Shown: one piece after another, positions 1-11,600 of the stretch
Position numbering within the stretch: the stretch's first letter is position 1
Layout of the letters: every line of letters starts with the position of its first letter
Source of the DNA: Chloroflexia bacterium
GTDB lineage: Bacteria; Chloroflexota; Chloroflexia; QHBQ01; JADMIH01
Assembly: GCA_036386675.1 (NCBI GenBank)
Contig: DASVVE010000063.1
Span: forward strand, 2,279-66,278
DNA length: 64,000 nucleotides
Reading direction: 5' to 3'
Translations under genes and position numbers: made by a program
Notes under the pieces: generated by a model
The model's input: the letters and a program-made list of their open reading frames with translations, nothing else
What the model was told of the DNA's origin: nothing
Database searches by the model: none

Positions 1-108
1 GTAGCCGGGTCCGCACCGCAACTCGACAGCAAAAAGGCTGCCGTTATGGCAGCCATACATGTTCTGGGTAGCGTTCGTCGTGACATATTGGTGAGCGCGT
101 GTCCGTAC

Positions 109-822
109 CTAGTCCTCGCCGAGGTAAGCCTTGCGCACCTTCTCGCTCTTGAGCAAGTTCTGCCCCGTGTCTTCCAGCACGATCTGCCCTGTTTCGATGA
201 CATATCCCCTGTGGGCAACTTGAAGAGCCAGCAACGCATTCTGTTCAACAAGGAGAATTGTGGAGCCGTTCTGGTTGAGATCGCGAATGATGTTGAAGAT
301 GGTTTCCACGAGGATGGGCGAGAGTCCCATCGAAGGTTCGTCAAGCAGCAGGATTCGAGGGCGCGACATGAGGGCACGGCCTATGGCGAGCATCTGCTGT
401 TCGCCGCCTGAGAGCGTGCCGCCGCGCTGAGTCAGGCGTTCCTTCAGGCGGGGAAAGAGGGTCAGCACGCGGTCGAGGTCCTGTGCGATACCGGCACGGT
501 CACTCCTGGCGAACGCGCCCATCTCGAGGTTTTCTTGCACGGTCATCCGGCTGAAGATGCGCCTGCCCTCCGGCGAGTGGGCGATTCCCATCTTCACCAG
601 CCGGTCAGGAGCTATGTTGTCGATGCGCTCCCCCTCAAGCTTGACGCTGCCCTTTTTGGGTCGCAGAATGCCTGAAATGGTGCGGAGGGTGGTCGTTTTG
701 CCCGCTCCGTTACTGCCGATGAGGGTCACTACCTCGCCGAGGTTCACGGTGAGTGAGACGCCTTTGAGCGCCTGGATGTTGCCGTAGTATGTTTCTATGC
801 CGTCAACTTCGAGTAAGGCCAA
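109..822 (-). CDS. livF: Branched-chain amino acid ABC transporter ATP-binding protein, LivF-type
   Basis: 237 aa; Walker A GSNGAGKTT, ABC signature LSGGEQQ, Walker B ILLLDEPS; last gene of the livKHMGF arrangement. Confidence 0.85.
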   Translation of the reverse strand: MALLEVDGIETYYGNIQALKGVSLTVNLGEVVTLIGSNGAGKTTTLRTISGILRPKKGSVKLEGERIDNIAPDRLVKMGIAHSPEGRRIFSRMTVQENLEMGAFARSDRAGIAQDLDRVLTLFPRLKERLTQRGGTLSGGEQQMLAIGRALMSRPRILLLDEPSMGLSPILVETIFNIIRDLNQNGSTILLVEQNALLALQVAHRGYVIETGQIVLEDTGQNLLKSEKVRKAYLGED

Positions 823-847
823 TGAGCTAGCTCCTCACGCCCGAATG

Positions 848-1684
848 CTATCCAGTGATCGTAGCCGCGCGTCCCAGGTAAGCCTCGATGACCCTGGGGT
901 TGGCGCGTACCTCGGCGGGGCTGCCCTCCGCTATCTTCTGCCCGTAGTCGAGCACAGTGATGCGTTCGGAGAGGCCCATGACGACCTTCATGTCGTGTTC
1001 TATCAAGAGTATGGAGAGGCTCAGCCGGGTCCGCAAATCACGAATAAACTGGATCAGGTCGCTCGTCTCGAAGGGATTCATGCCTGCCGTCGGTTCGTCC
1101 AGCAAGAGCAACTTGGGGTCGCTCCCCAGGGCGCGGGCTATCTCGAGCCTCCGCTGCGCGCCGTAGGGAAGGTTCTTGGCTAACTCCTCGGCCGCGTAAC
1201 TCAAGCCGACGGTCCGCAGTATTTCTATGCCTTTCTCGCGGGCGCGCACCTCTTCCTCTCGCATTTTCGCCGTGCGCAGTACGCTGCTCAGTACGCTGGA
1301 TCGCAGGCGGGAGTGCTGCCCCACGAGCACGTTTTCGAGGGCCGTCATGTTGGCGAACAGGCGGATGTTCTGGAAGGTGCGCGCTATGCCCAGGGCGGTG
1401 ATATCCGAGGGTGACGTACCTGTTATGTCACGACCCTCAAAGATCATGCGGCCCGACGTAGGCTTGTACAGGCCGGTGATCGTGTTGAAGAAGGTGGTCT
1501 TGCCCGCGCCGTTCGGGCCAATGATGCTCACGATGCCGCCGCGAGGGATATCGAAGTCTACGTTATTCACCGCCACCAGACCGCCGAAGCGCATCGTGAT
1601 GCCCTGCGCGGAAAGCACGTACGCGCCGTCTGCTGACGAGCTTCGGGCAGGAGCGGTGGCGGCGGCGCGGTGTGCTTCGCTCAA
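848..1684 (-). CDS. livG: Branched-chain amino acid ABC transporter ATP-binding protein, LivG-type
   Basis: 278 aa; GPNGAGKTT Walker A, LLLLDEPTAGMNP; C-terminal extension typical of LivG; 4-nt overlap with upstream permease. Confidence 0.85.
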   Translation of the reverse strand: MSEAHRAAATAPARSSSADGAYVLSAQGITMRFGGLVAVNNVDFDIPRGGIVSIIGPNGAGKTTFFNTITGLYKPTSGRMIFEGRDITGTSPSDITALGIARTFQNIRLFANMTALENVLVGQHSRLRSSVLSSVLRTAKMREEEVRAREKGIEILRTVGLSYAAEELAKNLPYGAQRRLEIARALGSDPKLLLLDEPTAGMNPFETSDLIQFIRDLRTRLSLSILLIEHDMKVVMGLSERITVLDYGQKIAEGSPAEVRANPRVIEAYLGRAATITG

Positions 1685-2910
1685 GGTTGGCTCCCTTTCA
1701 CGTCGGTGTCGCTCTGGTTGGTCTCGCGTACGTCATAAAGGTCCTGGCGCTCCTGGTCGCTTATCTTCTCGGACTCGGGGTGAAGTTCCAGCTTCCTCCG
1801 GCGACTCGAAATCAGCCCTTCGGGGCGGAATAACATGAACAGGACGAGGATTATGCCGTAAATGAAGAACGTATAGTCGGTGAGGCGCACGTTCTGGTTG
1901 AAGTTGACCAGGAAGTCCAGGTCGGTATCCTTCGCAAGGTTGGAAATCCAGGTAGGGAACTGGATGAGCACCACCGTTTGGAGCAGGTAAATGACGACCG
2001 CCCCAAGCATGACGCCCCACAGGTTCCCCATGCCTCCCAGGATGACCATGCACAGGATGAGCACCGATTGGCTGAAGCTGAACTGCCCCGGCGAGGCGAA
2101 ACCGAGGTGGGAGCCGTAGAAGGTGCCCGCGAAGCCGGAGAGGGCCGCGCCAAGCCCGAACGCCCACAACTTGGCAGTGGTTGTGTTAATGCCCATGGTG
2201 GCCGCCGCCAGCTCGTCCTCGCGAATCGCCATCCAGGCGCGCCCCATGCGAGAGTCGCGCAGGCGATTGATGATGAAAACGACCAGGGCGATGAGCAGCA
2301 GGCCCAGGTAGTAGAAGCTGATATTGTCGTTGTTCGCCCCGATGATGATAGAGCCGATGGCGGGCTTGTCAACGCCCGCAATGCCGTTCGTGCCACCCGT
2401 AAGCTGGTCCAGGTTGAGGATGAAGATGGGCACGATTTCACCGAAGCCCAAAGTAACTATCGCAAGGTAGTCACCGCGTAACCTGAGGGTGGGTGCGCCA
2501 AAGACCACTCCGAACAGGGCGGTAATAATACCGGAGACGATCAGCATGATCCAGAAAGGTACGTGAAGGTCGAAAAGGGAGGACGCCAGGATGGCATAAC
2601 TGTAAGTGCCTATTGCGAAGAAGGCGGCGTAACCCAGGTCCAATAGACCCGCGTACCCGACCACGATGTTGAGGCCGAGTGCCAGCAGGGTAAAGGCGGC
2701 TGTGTCTGCTGCCGCGTTCAGGAAAGCCTGGTCGAACCTGATGGGCAGGCGGACAATACCGGCTTCTGAGAGCAGTTGAGGCACCGGCAGCAGCAGCAAG
2801 AATACCGAGAGCACCCCGGCCACGATCATAGAGCTGCGGCTGGCTTTCTTTGGAGCCGGGAATAGGCTCCCGCTTCCGGCGGTCTGTGGGGAGTTGGCTG
2901 TTCTTTGCAT
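1681..2910 (-). CDS. livM: Branched-chain amino acid ABC transporter permease, LivM-type
   Basis: 409 aa polytopic; LivM-like core (GYAGLLDLGYAAFFAIGTY) with an N-terminal extension. Confidence 0.8.
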   Translation of the reverse strand: MQRTANSPQTAGSGSLFPAPKKASRSSMIVAGVLSVFLLLLPVPQLLSEAGIVRLPIRFDQAFLNAAADTAAFTLLALGLNIVVGYAGLLDLGYAAFFAIGTYSYAILASSLFDLHVPFWIMLIVSGIITALFGVVFGAPTLRLRGDYLAIVTLGFGEIVPIFILNLDQLTGGTNGIAGVDKPAIGSIIIGANNDNISFYYLGLLLIALVVFIINRLRDSRMGRAWMAIREDELAAATMGINTTTAKLWAFGLGAALSGFAGTFYGSHLGFASPGQFSFSQSVLILCMVILGGMGNLWGVMLGAVVIYLLQTVVLIQFPTWISNLAKDTDLDFLVNFNQNVRLTDYTFFIYGIILVLFMLFRPEGLISSRRRKLELHPESEKISDQERQDLYDVRETNQSDTDVKGSQP

Positions 2911-2916
2911 GGGTGC

Positions 2917-3867
2917 CTACACTTTCTCCGCGACACGCTGCCCCAGCAGCCCCGAGGGTCTGAACACAAGGATGAGAATGAGCACGGCAAAAACCACTGC
3001 CTGCGTCCACCGCGTCTCCAGAAAGGTATCGCTCATGGCCTCGACCATGCCGATGACGAACCCGCCGAGCATGGCACCCGGTATGTTGCCGATGCCGCCC
3101 AGCACGGCGGCAGTAAACGCCTTCAGGCCGATTACGAAGCCAATGGTGAATTGCACGCCCTTGATGAACATGCCGTAGAGAATTGCCCCCGCCCCGGCGA
3201 GCGCAGCGCCAATGAAGAAAGTCAGCGCGATAGTCCGGTTGATGTTAATTCCCATCAACTGGGCGGTCGTCTTGTCCTGGGCGGTTGCTCGCATAGCCTT
3301 GCCGAGCTTGGTGCGCTGCACGAAGAATGTGAGCAGGATCATGAATGCAATACTGATCGAGAAAATGATAACAGCTTTCCACCGGATAAGGAGGAATTGC
3401 TCGCCAATGGGTATGCGGATAAAGGTCTCAGGTATGATATCCGGGAACGTAATATTGCTCGGCCCCTTCCAGACCTGGCCGACATTCTGCAAGATATAGG
3501 ACACACCAAGCGCCGAGATGAGGGGGGCCAGCTTGGGCGCGTTTCTTAACGGTCTATATGCGAATCTCTCAATCAGTACGCCGAGTAGGCCTGTCACCGT
3601 CATCGTTACTACGAACGTCAACAGCAGCACTACAATGAGAGCAATAGGATCCTGGAGGGCCGAGTTCCGGCTGTCAATACCAAAGACAGCAACGAAGGTC
3701 AGGGCGGTAAAGGTCCCCAGCATGAAGATGTCACCATGAGCGAAGTTAATTAGCTCGATGATGCCATACACCATCGTGTAGCCAAGGGCGATGAGGGCGT
3801 AAACGGAGCCGCGCGAGATCCCGTTGATGATCTGCTGCAAGAACTCCGCGAGGGAAGGCAAGTCCAT
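2917..3867 (-). CDS. livH: Branched-chain amino acid ABC transporter permease, LivH-type
   Basis: 316 aa polytopic membrane protein; LivH-like (FAHGDIFMLGTF, GFVIGLKAFTAAVLGGIGN). Confidence 0.85.
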   Translation of the reverse strand: MDLPSLAEFLQQIINGISRGSVYALIALGYTMVYGIIELINFAHGDIFMLGTFTALTFVAVFGIDSRNSALQDPIALIVVLLLTFVVTMTVTGLLGVLIERFAYRPLRNAPKLAPLISALGVSYILQNVGQVWKGPSNITFPDIIPETFIRIPIGEQFLLIRWKAVIIFSISIAFMILLTFFVQRTKLGKAMRATAQDKTTAQLMGININRTIALTFFIGAALAGAGAILYGMFIKGVQFTIGFVIGLKAFTAAVLGGIGNIPGAMLGGFVIGMVEAMSDTFLETRWTQAVVFAVLILILVFRPSGLLGQRVAEKV

Positions 3868-3949
3868 CTGCTCTCCAGGTGCTCAGGTAGGTTGTGGGCC
3901 GTCCGGGAACGTTCCCGGACGGCCCAGCATGTTCCGCGTCAGCTGGGAA

Positions 3950-5314
3950 TTACTCCTCGCCGAAGCGAATCTGGTCAACGAAGACCCAGGCTAGCTCGCC
4001 TGCATCGTTCGTGTCTGCCCTGTAGAAGCTGATCACCTTGTTGGTGGTGTCGCCGTTCTCATCGAAGCTGGTCGTGCCGAGAACGCCCTTGAAGTCCTTC
4101 GTGTTGCGGAGGGCTTCGCAGACAGCGTCGCGAGACGGCTCGGAGGCACGGCTGATGGCATCGATGGCGATGTTAGCGACCTCGTAGCCGGGGCCGGAGT
4201 ACGCGCCCAGAGCCTCCTTGAAGCCTGCCGCGTTGTAGTCTTCGATGAACTGCTTGGCTTCGTCGAGCGTTTCGACGTTCACGGCGGCCACTGTGGAGTA
4301 GCTACCGACAGCGTCTTCGCCAGCGACGTTCAGGAACTCGGCGTCCTGGATGCCGTCGCCGCCCATGAGGGGCACGTCGAGGCCGGAGGACTTCATGGCC
4401 TTGCGGGCCAGCGGGATGTTGTTCGAGGAAGTGCCACCGTAGTAGACCAGGTCGGGGCCAGCGGCGGCAACCTTGGTCATGATGGAGCTAAAGTCCGTCG
4501 TACCCTTCGGTACACCATCATGGCCGAGGACCGTGCCGCCCAGTTCCTCAAAGCGCCGCTTGAAGTTATCAGCGATGCCTTTACCATAGGTCTCCGTGTC
4601 GTCAAGGACATAGACCTTGGTCAGCTTAAGCTCGGTGTAGGCGTAGTCAGCAGCCGCCGGACCCTGGATGTCGTCGGTGGCGGCCACGCGGAAGTAGGTG
4701 ACCTCACCGGTTGGGCGGTAATTCTGAGTCTGACCGTACTCAGGCTTGGTCAGCGTCTCGTTGGTGTTCGAGGGGCTGATCTGGCACAGGCCGGCCGTGT
4801 TCAGCTTCGGCATCATGGCCTGGGCGTTCGAGCTATTGAAGGGGCCGAGCACTGCAAGCACTGCCGGGTCGGCAATGAAGGAGTCGGCGTTCTTCGAGCT
4901 TTGTGCCGGGTCGTGAGCCGTTCCGCCGGGCGGCACGTCATCGAGGAAGTACATCTCCAGCTCGTAGGTCTTGCCCGCGACCGTCACGCCGCCGTTCTCG
5001 TTGGCCTGGCGGATGGCAAGCTCCATACCGTTGCGAGTGGGGAGACCGATAGAAGCGTCGCCACCCGACACAGGGAGGTCAACGCCTATCTTGATCGTGT
5101 TCCCTTCAAAGGTGCCGCCGGTTGTGGTGCCGGTAGTAGCGGTGGCGGTATCTGTGGTGCCGGTGGTGGCAGTAGCAACATCTGTGGCGGCACCGGTGGT
5201 GTTGGTCGGGACGGGAGTGGAGGCAGCAGGGCCGCCGCACGCCGACATAATGATACTTCCAGCCAAAGATAGCGAGGCTACCAACAAGCTGAGTTTACTC
5301 GATTTTCTTAGCAT
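3950..5314 (-). CDS. livK: Branched-chain amino acid ABC transporter substrate-binding lipoprotein (LivK/LivJ family) with Thr/Gly-rich linker
   Basis: 454 aa; signal peptide with lipobox (…IIMSAC); low-complexity T/G/A linker, then a periplasmic-binding-protein type I fold (KIGVDLPVSGG…); first gene of the operon. Confidence 0.8.
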   Translation of the reverse strand: MLRKSSKLSLLVASLSLAGSIIMSACGGPAASTPVPTNTTGAATDVATATTGTTDTATATTGTTTGGTFEGNTIKIGVDLPVSGGDASIGLPTRNGMELAIRQANENGGVTVAGKTYELEMYFLDDVPPGGTAHDPAQSSKNADSFIADPAVLAVLGPFNSSNAQAMMPKLNTAGLCQISPSNTNETLTKPEYGQTQNYRPTGEVTYFRVAATDDIQGPAAADYAYTELKLTKVYVLDDTETYGKGIADNFKRRFEELGGTVLGHDGVPKGTTDFSSIMTKVAAAGPDLVYYGGTSSNNIPLARKAMKSSGLDVPLMGGDGIQDAEFLNVAGEDAVGSYSTVAAVNVETLDEAKQFIEDYNAAGFKEALGAYSGPGYEVANIAIDAISRASEPSRDAVCEALRNTKDFKGVLGTTSFDENGDTTNKVISFYRADTNDAGELAWVFVDQIRFGEE

Positions 5315-5681
5315 GAACTCTCCTCCGAAATCTGTGTGCTATAGTCTATACCTCGCCACAACGACCAGCCCATAGTCATGGCCGCATCGGGTTGCCCAAA
5401 CCCCGGAGCTTGCAAGCGAGGAACTTGACCCCTAGTAGGCCGATCACCTCCCCTCTTAAGTTGGTGGAAGATCGAGGGCGGAGATGGTTCGCGCACCCCG
5501 TCCAAAACCTAGAGGATGGTTACTCCAACACCCAGCCGCTTATGGGAAGGTACAGCAGGGTACGAAGTAGGCGCATTATAGATTACCCATCTTTCTGCTG
5601 TCAAGAGCTTACACCCCTTGCTGCCGTTGAGGGTGGGCTGGGACACGCTAGCATACCTATTGAGCGCGTCCCAGCAATCCC

Positions 5682-8600
5682 CTATCTCACCTCGGTGAGT
5701 CTCTGCCTTGCAGCGTCTACCCAACCCTCGGCCCCGGCCGGAGCGTTGTCAATCACCTTCTGGTAGGACGCGATGGCGTTCTCACGGTCGCCCTTCAACT
5801 GGTAAGCCTGGCCCATATGATAGTATGCCTCTACAAATCGGGGGTCCCTCTCGACTGTGGCCTGGAACTCGCGGATGGCGTCGTCCATGCGCTTGCGGTC
5901 GAGGTAAGCGATACCCACCTTGTTGTGCCCGGCAGGATTGTTGACGTCTATGTCCCTTGCATCTTCCCAGGCCTTGAGCGCCTTGTCCGGCTCCCCTCCT
6001 TGCTGGTAAGCGTCGCCAAGCATGTGACGCAGAGCCACGTTTGAGGGGTCCTGCGTCACGAGGGTCTCCAGCTCGCGGGCGGCATCAAGCGGGAAGTTGT
6101 GCTGGCGGTACCAATCTACTAGCTTGAAGCGGTTGTCTCGGTTCAGCGGGTCCAGTGCGACCAGGTCGAGAAGCGCCCGCAACTCAGGGTCGTCGGTCGG
6201 CGGCGTGGGCATCGGCGTGGCCGTAGGAGCAGGTATAGGGGTGAAGGAGACGCCGGGTATGCCTGAATTGGCGACGGGCGCACCTACCAGGGTGCTGACT
6301 TTTCGCGCCGGGTCGCGCACCACCTCATAGATGATGGTACCGGCAATGCCTTCGGGTTGCTGAGTCCTGAAGACCTCGCGGAGTATGTTCACGTCAGGGT
6401 CAGCAAGCTGCTCGAACTTGCGCATGCCGGTCGCGCCGGCTCTTGCCTGCTCTAGCTGTCCGAGGTAAATGTAGTCGATATCGTACTTGCTAAGTAAGGT
6501 GAGGACGACTTGCACGTCGGGCGTGGTGAAGAACGTATTCATGTCGCTGCGGCGGTCACCCACGAGCCAGCCGTAACGCTGCTCTTCCTGGTGGAGGCCG
6601 CCGACAACCATTGGCAATCCTGTGTTCGCCGCCGCCCGCATGCCATAAGCCCGGTAGTACTCCACCGGCAACTCCGCCAGCACCTTTGCTCCTTTCACGT
6701 TACTATTGAGCCAGTTGATAGCTTCGTAGTCGTATTTGAGGTTGACCTGTACGGGCGGCACGTCGGGGCCGATATCGGCGGTGAAGACGGCTGAAGTCAT
6801 GAAGGCCAGTCCGTTAAGCGTTCCTGCGGGCGGGGTCGCGCCGAAGCGTTTCACGAGGCGGTCGGGAGTCCCAAGGAAGGTAAAGGCCAGCGAGCTCATC
6901 AGCAGGAGTGCAAAGGCTCCCAGCCAGACGAGCCTCCCCACAGTCCAGCGAATAGCGGGACCTTCCTGCTCCTGGTCTTTCCCGTGGGTGATATCCAGTG
7001 GTGCGGGACCACTCACCCGGTCCGCTGCCGGGGCCGTGTGCTCAACTTGTGCAACGTCCGTGGCATCCGATGCATGCTCCATCGACCAGACTAGCCAGTT
7101 CTCAGGTTCCGCACCTCTATTGCCATCGGAGCCTTGAGTCTCACGAGGGGCGGGGTGGCTCGCGGAGTTCACTGCCGTTTGGGATGAGGTAGGCACGCTC
7201 GCACCATGCGCGCTTAATGAACTATCCGTCTCATCGAGGCGTTCCTCGCGCTCGCCTGCCGTACCCAGGGCATGCTCCCGTAAGCCAAATAGCATGTAGT
7301 AAATGGCTGATGCACCCGCGAGTGCCCAGAGCACCCACACCTGCATGTAGAACTTGAAGACGGTGTTCATGCGGAACTTATCGCTGCGGCTCAGGTGGTC
7401 GGCCAGGTAAACCAGTTCCACACCCGTGGCGACCGCAAGCGCGCCCATCATGAGAAGTCCGCAGAACAAGTTTCCGGCGGTGCGTGAGGTGGAAAGGGTG
7501 GTGGCCGCAATGCCTCCGAGAAGCGCGACAAGGAGGGCCAGCAGCCACTGGCCGGTGACCATTTGCAGCACCACCAACCCGGCCGTGATACCGAGCAGGC
7601 CGAGTCCGGCCCATAACGGGATTAATCCAGGCTCAACTGCCTCGGTGCGAGCAACGGGCGACTGCGCCGGCACTGCTACTTCGTGCATCCCCAACTCCGA
7701 GTCATCGACCGAATCGCTCAGACCGGGGAACGGTGTTGCCGTCACCGCACCAAGGGTAACACGGCGTCTCACCTTCAGAGTCTTGTCTGCTTCGGCGCTC
7801 GCGGCGCTCAACCAGCCGCCGGACGAGGGATTGTTGCCGTTGCCATCTGTAGTCGTTGCGACCGCACCATTACCACCCGAATCAGCAGGGCCGTTCGTGG
7901 GCGGCGTACCTTCGGGCGCGGCCCGGCCGTCAACCTCCTGGGTGGACTCCTGCTCGTCCAGCGTACCTTCACCGGAGCCACGCACGAACCGCACCGGGTC
8001 TAGGGGCAACGGAGCGCCCTGGGGTAAGGCGAGTGCCGGTACGAGACCGGAACCCTGCCGCTGACGGTCTCCACTCCCGAACAGCGTAAATGCCTGTTGG
8101 GGCGCTAAATCTGTGGTTGGGCGCTCCGCAGCGCGGGGCAGCACGCCCATGAGGCTATCTACTGCCGCCGTCCAGGGGAAGTGCCACAGCCGGTAGACGA
8201 GATAGGACGCCGCGATGAACACAAACAGGCCCCATACCACCAGGAATTCGCCGACCGTAGTCCTGTGCATGAATTCCGCGGTGTCAGCGATGCGTCCACC
8301 GTCAACGAGCGCGTTGATGGCGGTGTAGAAGGCCTTGAAGTTGAGGAAGAAGGGGAGATAGGCTAAGAGCGAAAGTCCCGCCAGGAGTCCGACGGACGCC
8401 AGGGCAGTTCCGTACATACCTACTTGTTCCCTGAACGTCAGGTGACTGCGTAGCGAGGTATCAGAGGCAGCGGGAGCACCCGCCTGCCACTCACGCCGAG
8501 GTCGTCCGAGTAGCAAGAGGGCGACGACCGCACCACCCCCGGCGAGACCCAGGTACGTCGGGAAGTCCCATGAATTGATGACGAGCAGCGCGCCGAGGTT

Positions 8601-11600
8601 GAGGGCGAACAGCACGAAAGTAAGCGCGCCGGTCGCGCCGCTGCCCCACAGCCAGCCCAACGTGCTTGCCACCCGGAGACGAGAAGCTTGCCACCAGGAC
8701 AGCGCGCTGTTGCCTGAAACCAGGAGGAGCGGCTTTCGGTAAGCCCCTGCAAGGACCAGATTCAGGATGAAGAGCACCGCCATGACGGTAAAAGGCATGT
8801 TTATGAGGTGCGGGTGCAAATCCGCGAACAGGAACGTCCAGTAGGGAAATTCGTTGATCGTGTCGTTGATGATACGGCTGGCGTCCCAGTAGTTGAAGCT
8901 GGGGTAGTAGTTGTACATCGATTGTTCGCCGAAGCCGAGCCTGCTGCCCAGGTCCGCGATACTGCGCCCGACATCCGGGAAGGTAATCATGACCCACTGA
9001 ATCAGGCCGTGCATGTTTCCGATCACCAGCATCAGGAAGCCGGCCAGTGCGCCAAATACGATGCCCGACTGCGATACCTGGCTGGTGCTCCCACGCCGCC
9101 TCTGGCTCCAGGCGACCAGGTTGTAGACGACGCTCATACCCGCCGTGAACGTGAGCGCATAGAACAGCGGTACAGCGAGGTTGAAGGCAATGGCCGGGTG
9201 GATGCCGAGCAGCTTTACCAGGCAGGCGATAATAAAGTAGCCGTAATAGTAATAGTTGATGAAACCGCCCGCGAAGAAGGGGTCAAGGGCGGGCATCCAC
9301 GGGCTGCGAAGCACCGCATTGAGGAAGCCGATTTCCATTGGCTTCTCACCACCCTGGAACGTGTGCCAGAGGTCGGGGTTCGCCATCCGCAGCGCGAGCA
9401 CGCCCGCGAAGGCAACCAGGAACACCGCTTCATACGCCAGTACGAGGTTCCGCTTCGTCCTGAAGAATTCTCGAATTTGGCTACCCGCGCCCAGCCGCCA
9501 ACAAAGTGTGGACAGCGCCGCCAGCATACCTACCATCAACAGGAGTCCCCAGATCGTGAAGGGAATCACCCTGGTGCTCGCGGCGATCCACATGCCCCAG
9601 GCTATCATCAGCAGGGCGGCTAGCTTGGCGACTGCGTAGCCACGGTCGGGCACGTTGCGGAAGACCGTAAACACCACCGGGAGCGCCAGCAGCCCAAGGG
9701 CCTCTACCAGCAACAGCCACAGAGCTACGGCGAACCACTGAGTCTGCTCCTGGCCCAACGGGTTCCAGGCGTAGTCATCTAGCTGCGGCAGCGTATTTAC
9801 AGGCTGGGTGTAGCTCAGCCCCTTGTCGTCCTCGACTTTGCCGTTCGAGGCATCTATGGACATGATCGGGCGGTTGAGCGCGGTGCTGAACAACATGCGG
9901 TACTGGTCGTCCGTCAGTTCGCTTACCTTCTTGAAGACGTCCACGCGCGGGTGGTCGTAGACGGTAAAGCTTTCGTCGGCAGGCTGGTCGTTTATCGCGA
10001 TGCCGAATAGTTCCGGCGTTACTTGCGTGGTGTTGGCGCTGACAAAGCCCAATTTCTCGGCAAACAGCAACTCGTAGTACTTGCTCTGAACCGGGTATTG
10101 CCAGGGCAGCCGCGGGATCGAGCCATAGAGGCGGTTGCTACTCATGATGATGTAGTCAGCACGCCGCAGCCAGGTCTTGATCCGCTCAAGCTCCAGGTCG
10201 GGCTGCGCGAAGTTATACAGCTCCATCTCGAAAGCGGTGGGGTAGCCGCTACGGTCCTGCCCGTTACGCGGGGGCAAGGAAATAGGCAGGCCGTAATCCC
10301 AGTGTTCGGTCGCCAGGGTGGCCTCTCTAGGCACGTTATCGTGAATCCACTCGGAAGCCTGCACCCGCGAGTGGGGTTGGCTGTACACGTTCATGAACGC
10401 CACAGCCCACAGGAAGGCCCAACCTATGCTCAGCGCGATAAGCGCGGGGAAGACGCCGCGCTGTAAACTCACCAGGCGAACTGCCCTCCGGGAGGAGTCC
10501 GCACTGGCCCTGGCAACGAACCGCTTGCGGGACCAAATAGCTCCGCGCACCAGGAATGCAGCACCGAGAATGCAAAAGATGGGGACCAGCGGCAGCATGT
10601 ACCGCATCCACTTGCTGAGCAGCGTGGCTATAGTCAGGAAGTAAGGGATGCCCGCCGAGAGGAGCAGAATCTCGGCCGGACGGCGACGAAGCGCCTGCCA
10701 AAAGGCGGCAAGGGCACCAATCACTGACATCAGGCCGGGCACCAAGCCCATGCCCCAGAAAACCATCTGTTCAAGTTGGTATACGACGGGCGCGGTCCCG
10801 ATGTACTGCCGCGTAAACGGCACCGGGCTTAGCCCCGACTGTACGGCCTGTTCGCCTCTGATTCTCCTGGACCAGGGGTTGGACTGGATAAGGGCGTCCA
10901 GGCCACCGCTGCTTAGCGTCGAGAAGTCAAAGCTCCAAAGGACGTAAGGCTCACCGACTGCGAAAGCCAGTAGCGAGAAAACCGCAGCCAGCAGAACGTA
11001 CTTCGCCCCACCGAGCAAGTGTCCGCCAAAACTACGCTCTCTCTCCTCGGTGGTGGCGGGGGAGACACCCACGGGGTCGCCGAATTCTGCGCCAAGCCTC
11101 CTCGTTCGTTTGCGATAGACCGCGCGAAGCACCACAGCGGCCACAATGACCAGCGCGATTGGCAGCACCGAGATCTTGCATGCGACCGCGAGGCCCAGGC
11201 AGGCACCGGCCGCTACCGCTACCCACCAACGCGGCCGTTGCATGAGCACTACGCTGAAATAAACCGCCCCCATGATGAAAGTCACGAGAAAGCTCTCAAC
11301 GATGAAGAAGTGGGCGATTTGAATGGCAGTGACCGCAAACCCATACAGGGCCGCCGCGATAAGGGCTGTGCCGCTGGAATAGAGTCGTCGGGCAACCAGG
11401 AAGACCAGCAGCACGGTAATAAGGTCGAAAATGGAGGCCAGAGAGCGTCCGATGATGGCGATGCCTTCTATGCTCCTTACCCAGTAGCCGTCCGGCTGCG
11501 TAGACGTAGGGGGCAGGACCGAGTCGAGAAGCCAGCCCGTCGCACGTTCCAGGTAGATCGGGAAGGCACCCCAGGGGTACTCGTTCAATTCGTCGCGCCG

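Noticed and set aside
4980-5230. Thr/Gly/Ala tandem low-complexity DNA in livK (ACCGGTGGTGGCAGTAGC… repeats)
   Set aside because: Encodes the flexible lipoprotein linker of LivK (in-frame), not a separate repeat element.
9240-9260. Possibility that the WDYG/YYYY motifs make the giant protein a bona fide STT3-type oligosaccharyltransferase
   Set aside because: Kept only as a hypothesis in findings. A single pentapeptide match is insufficient, and the family is officially of unknown function.
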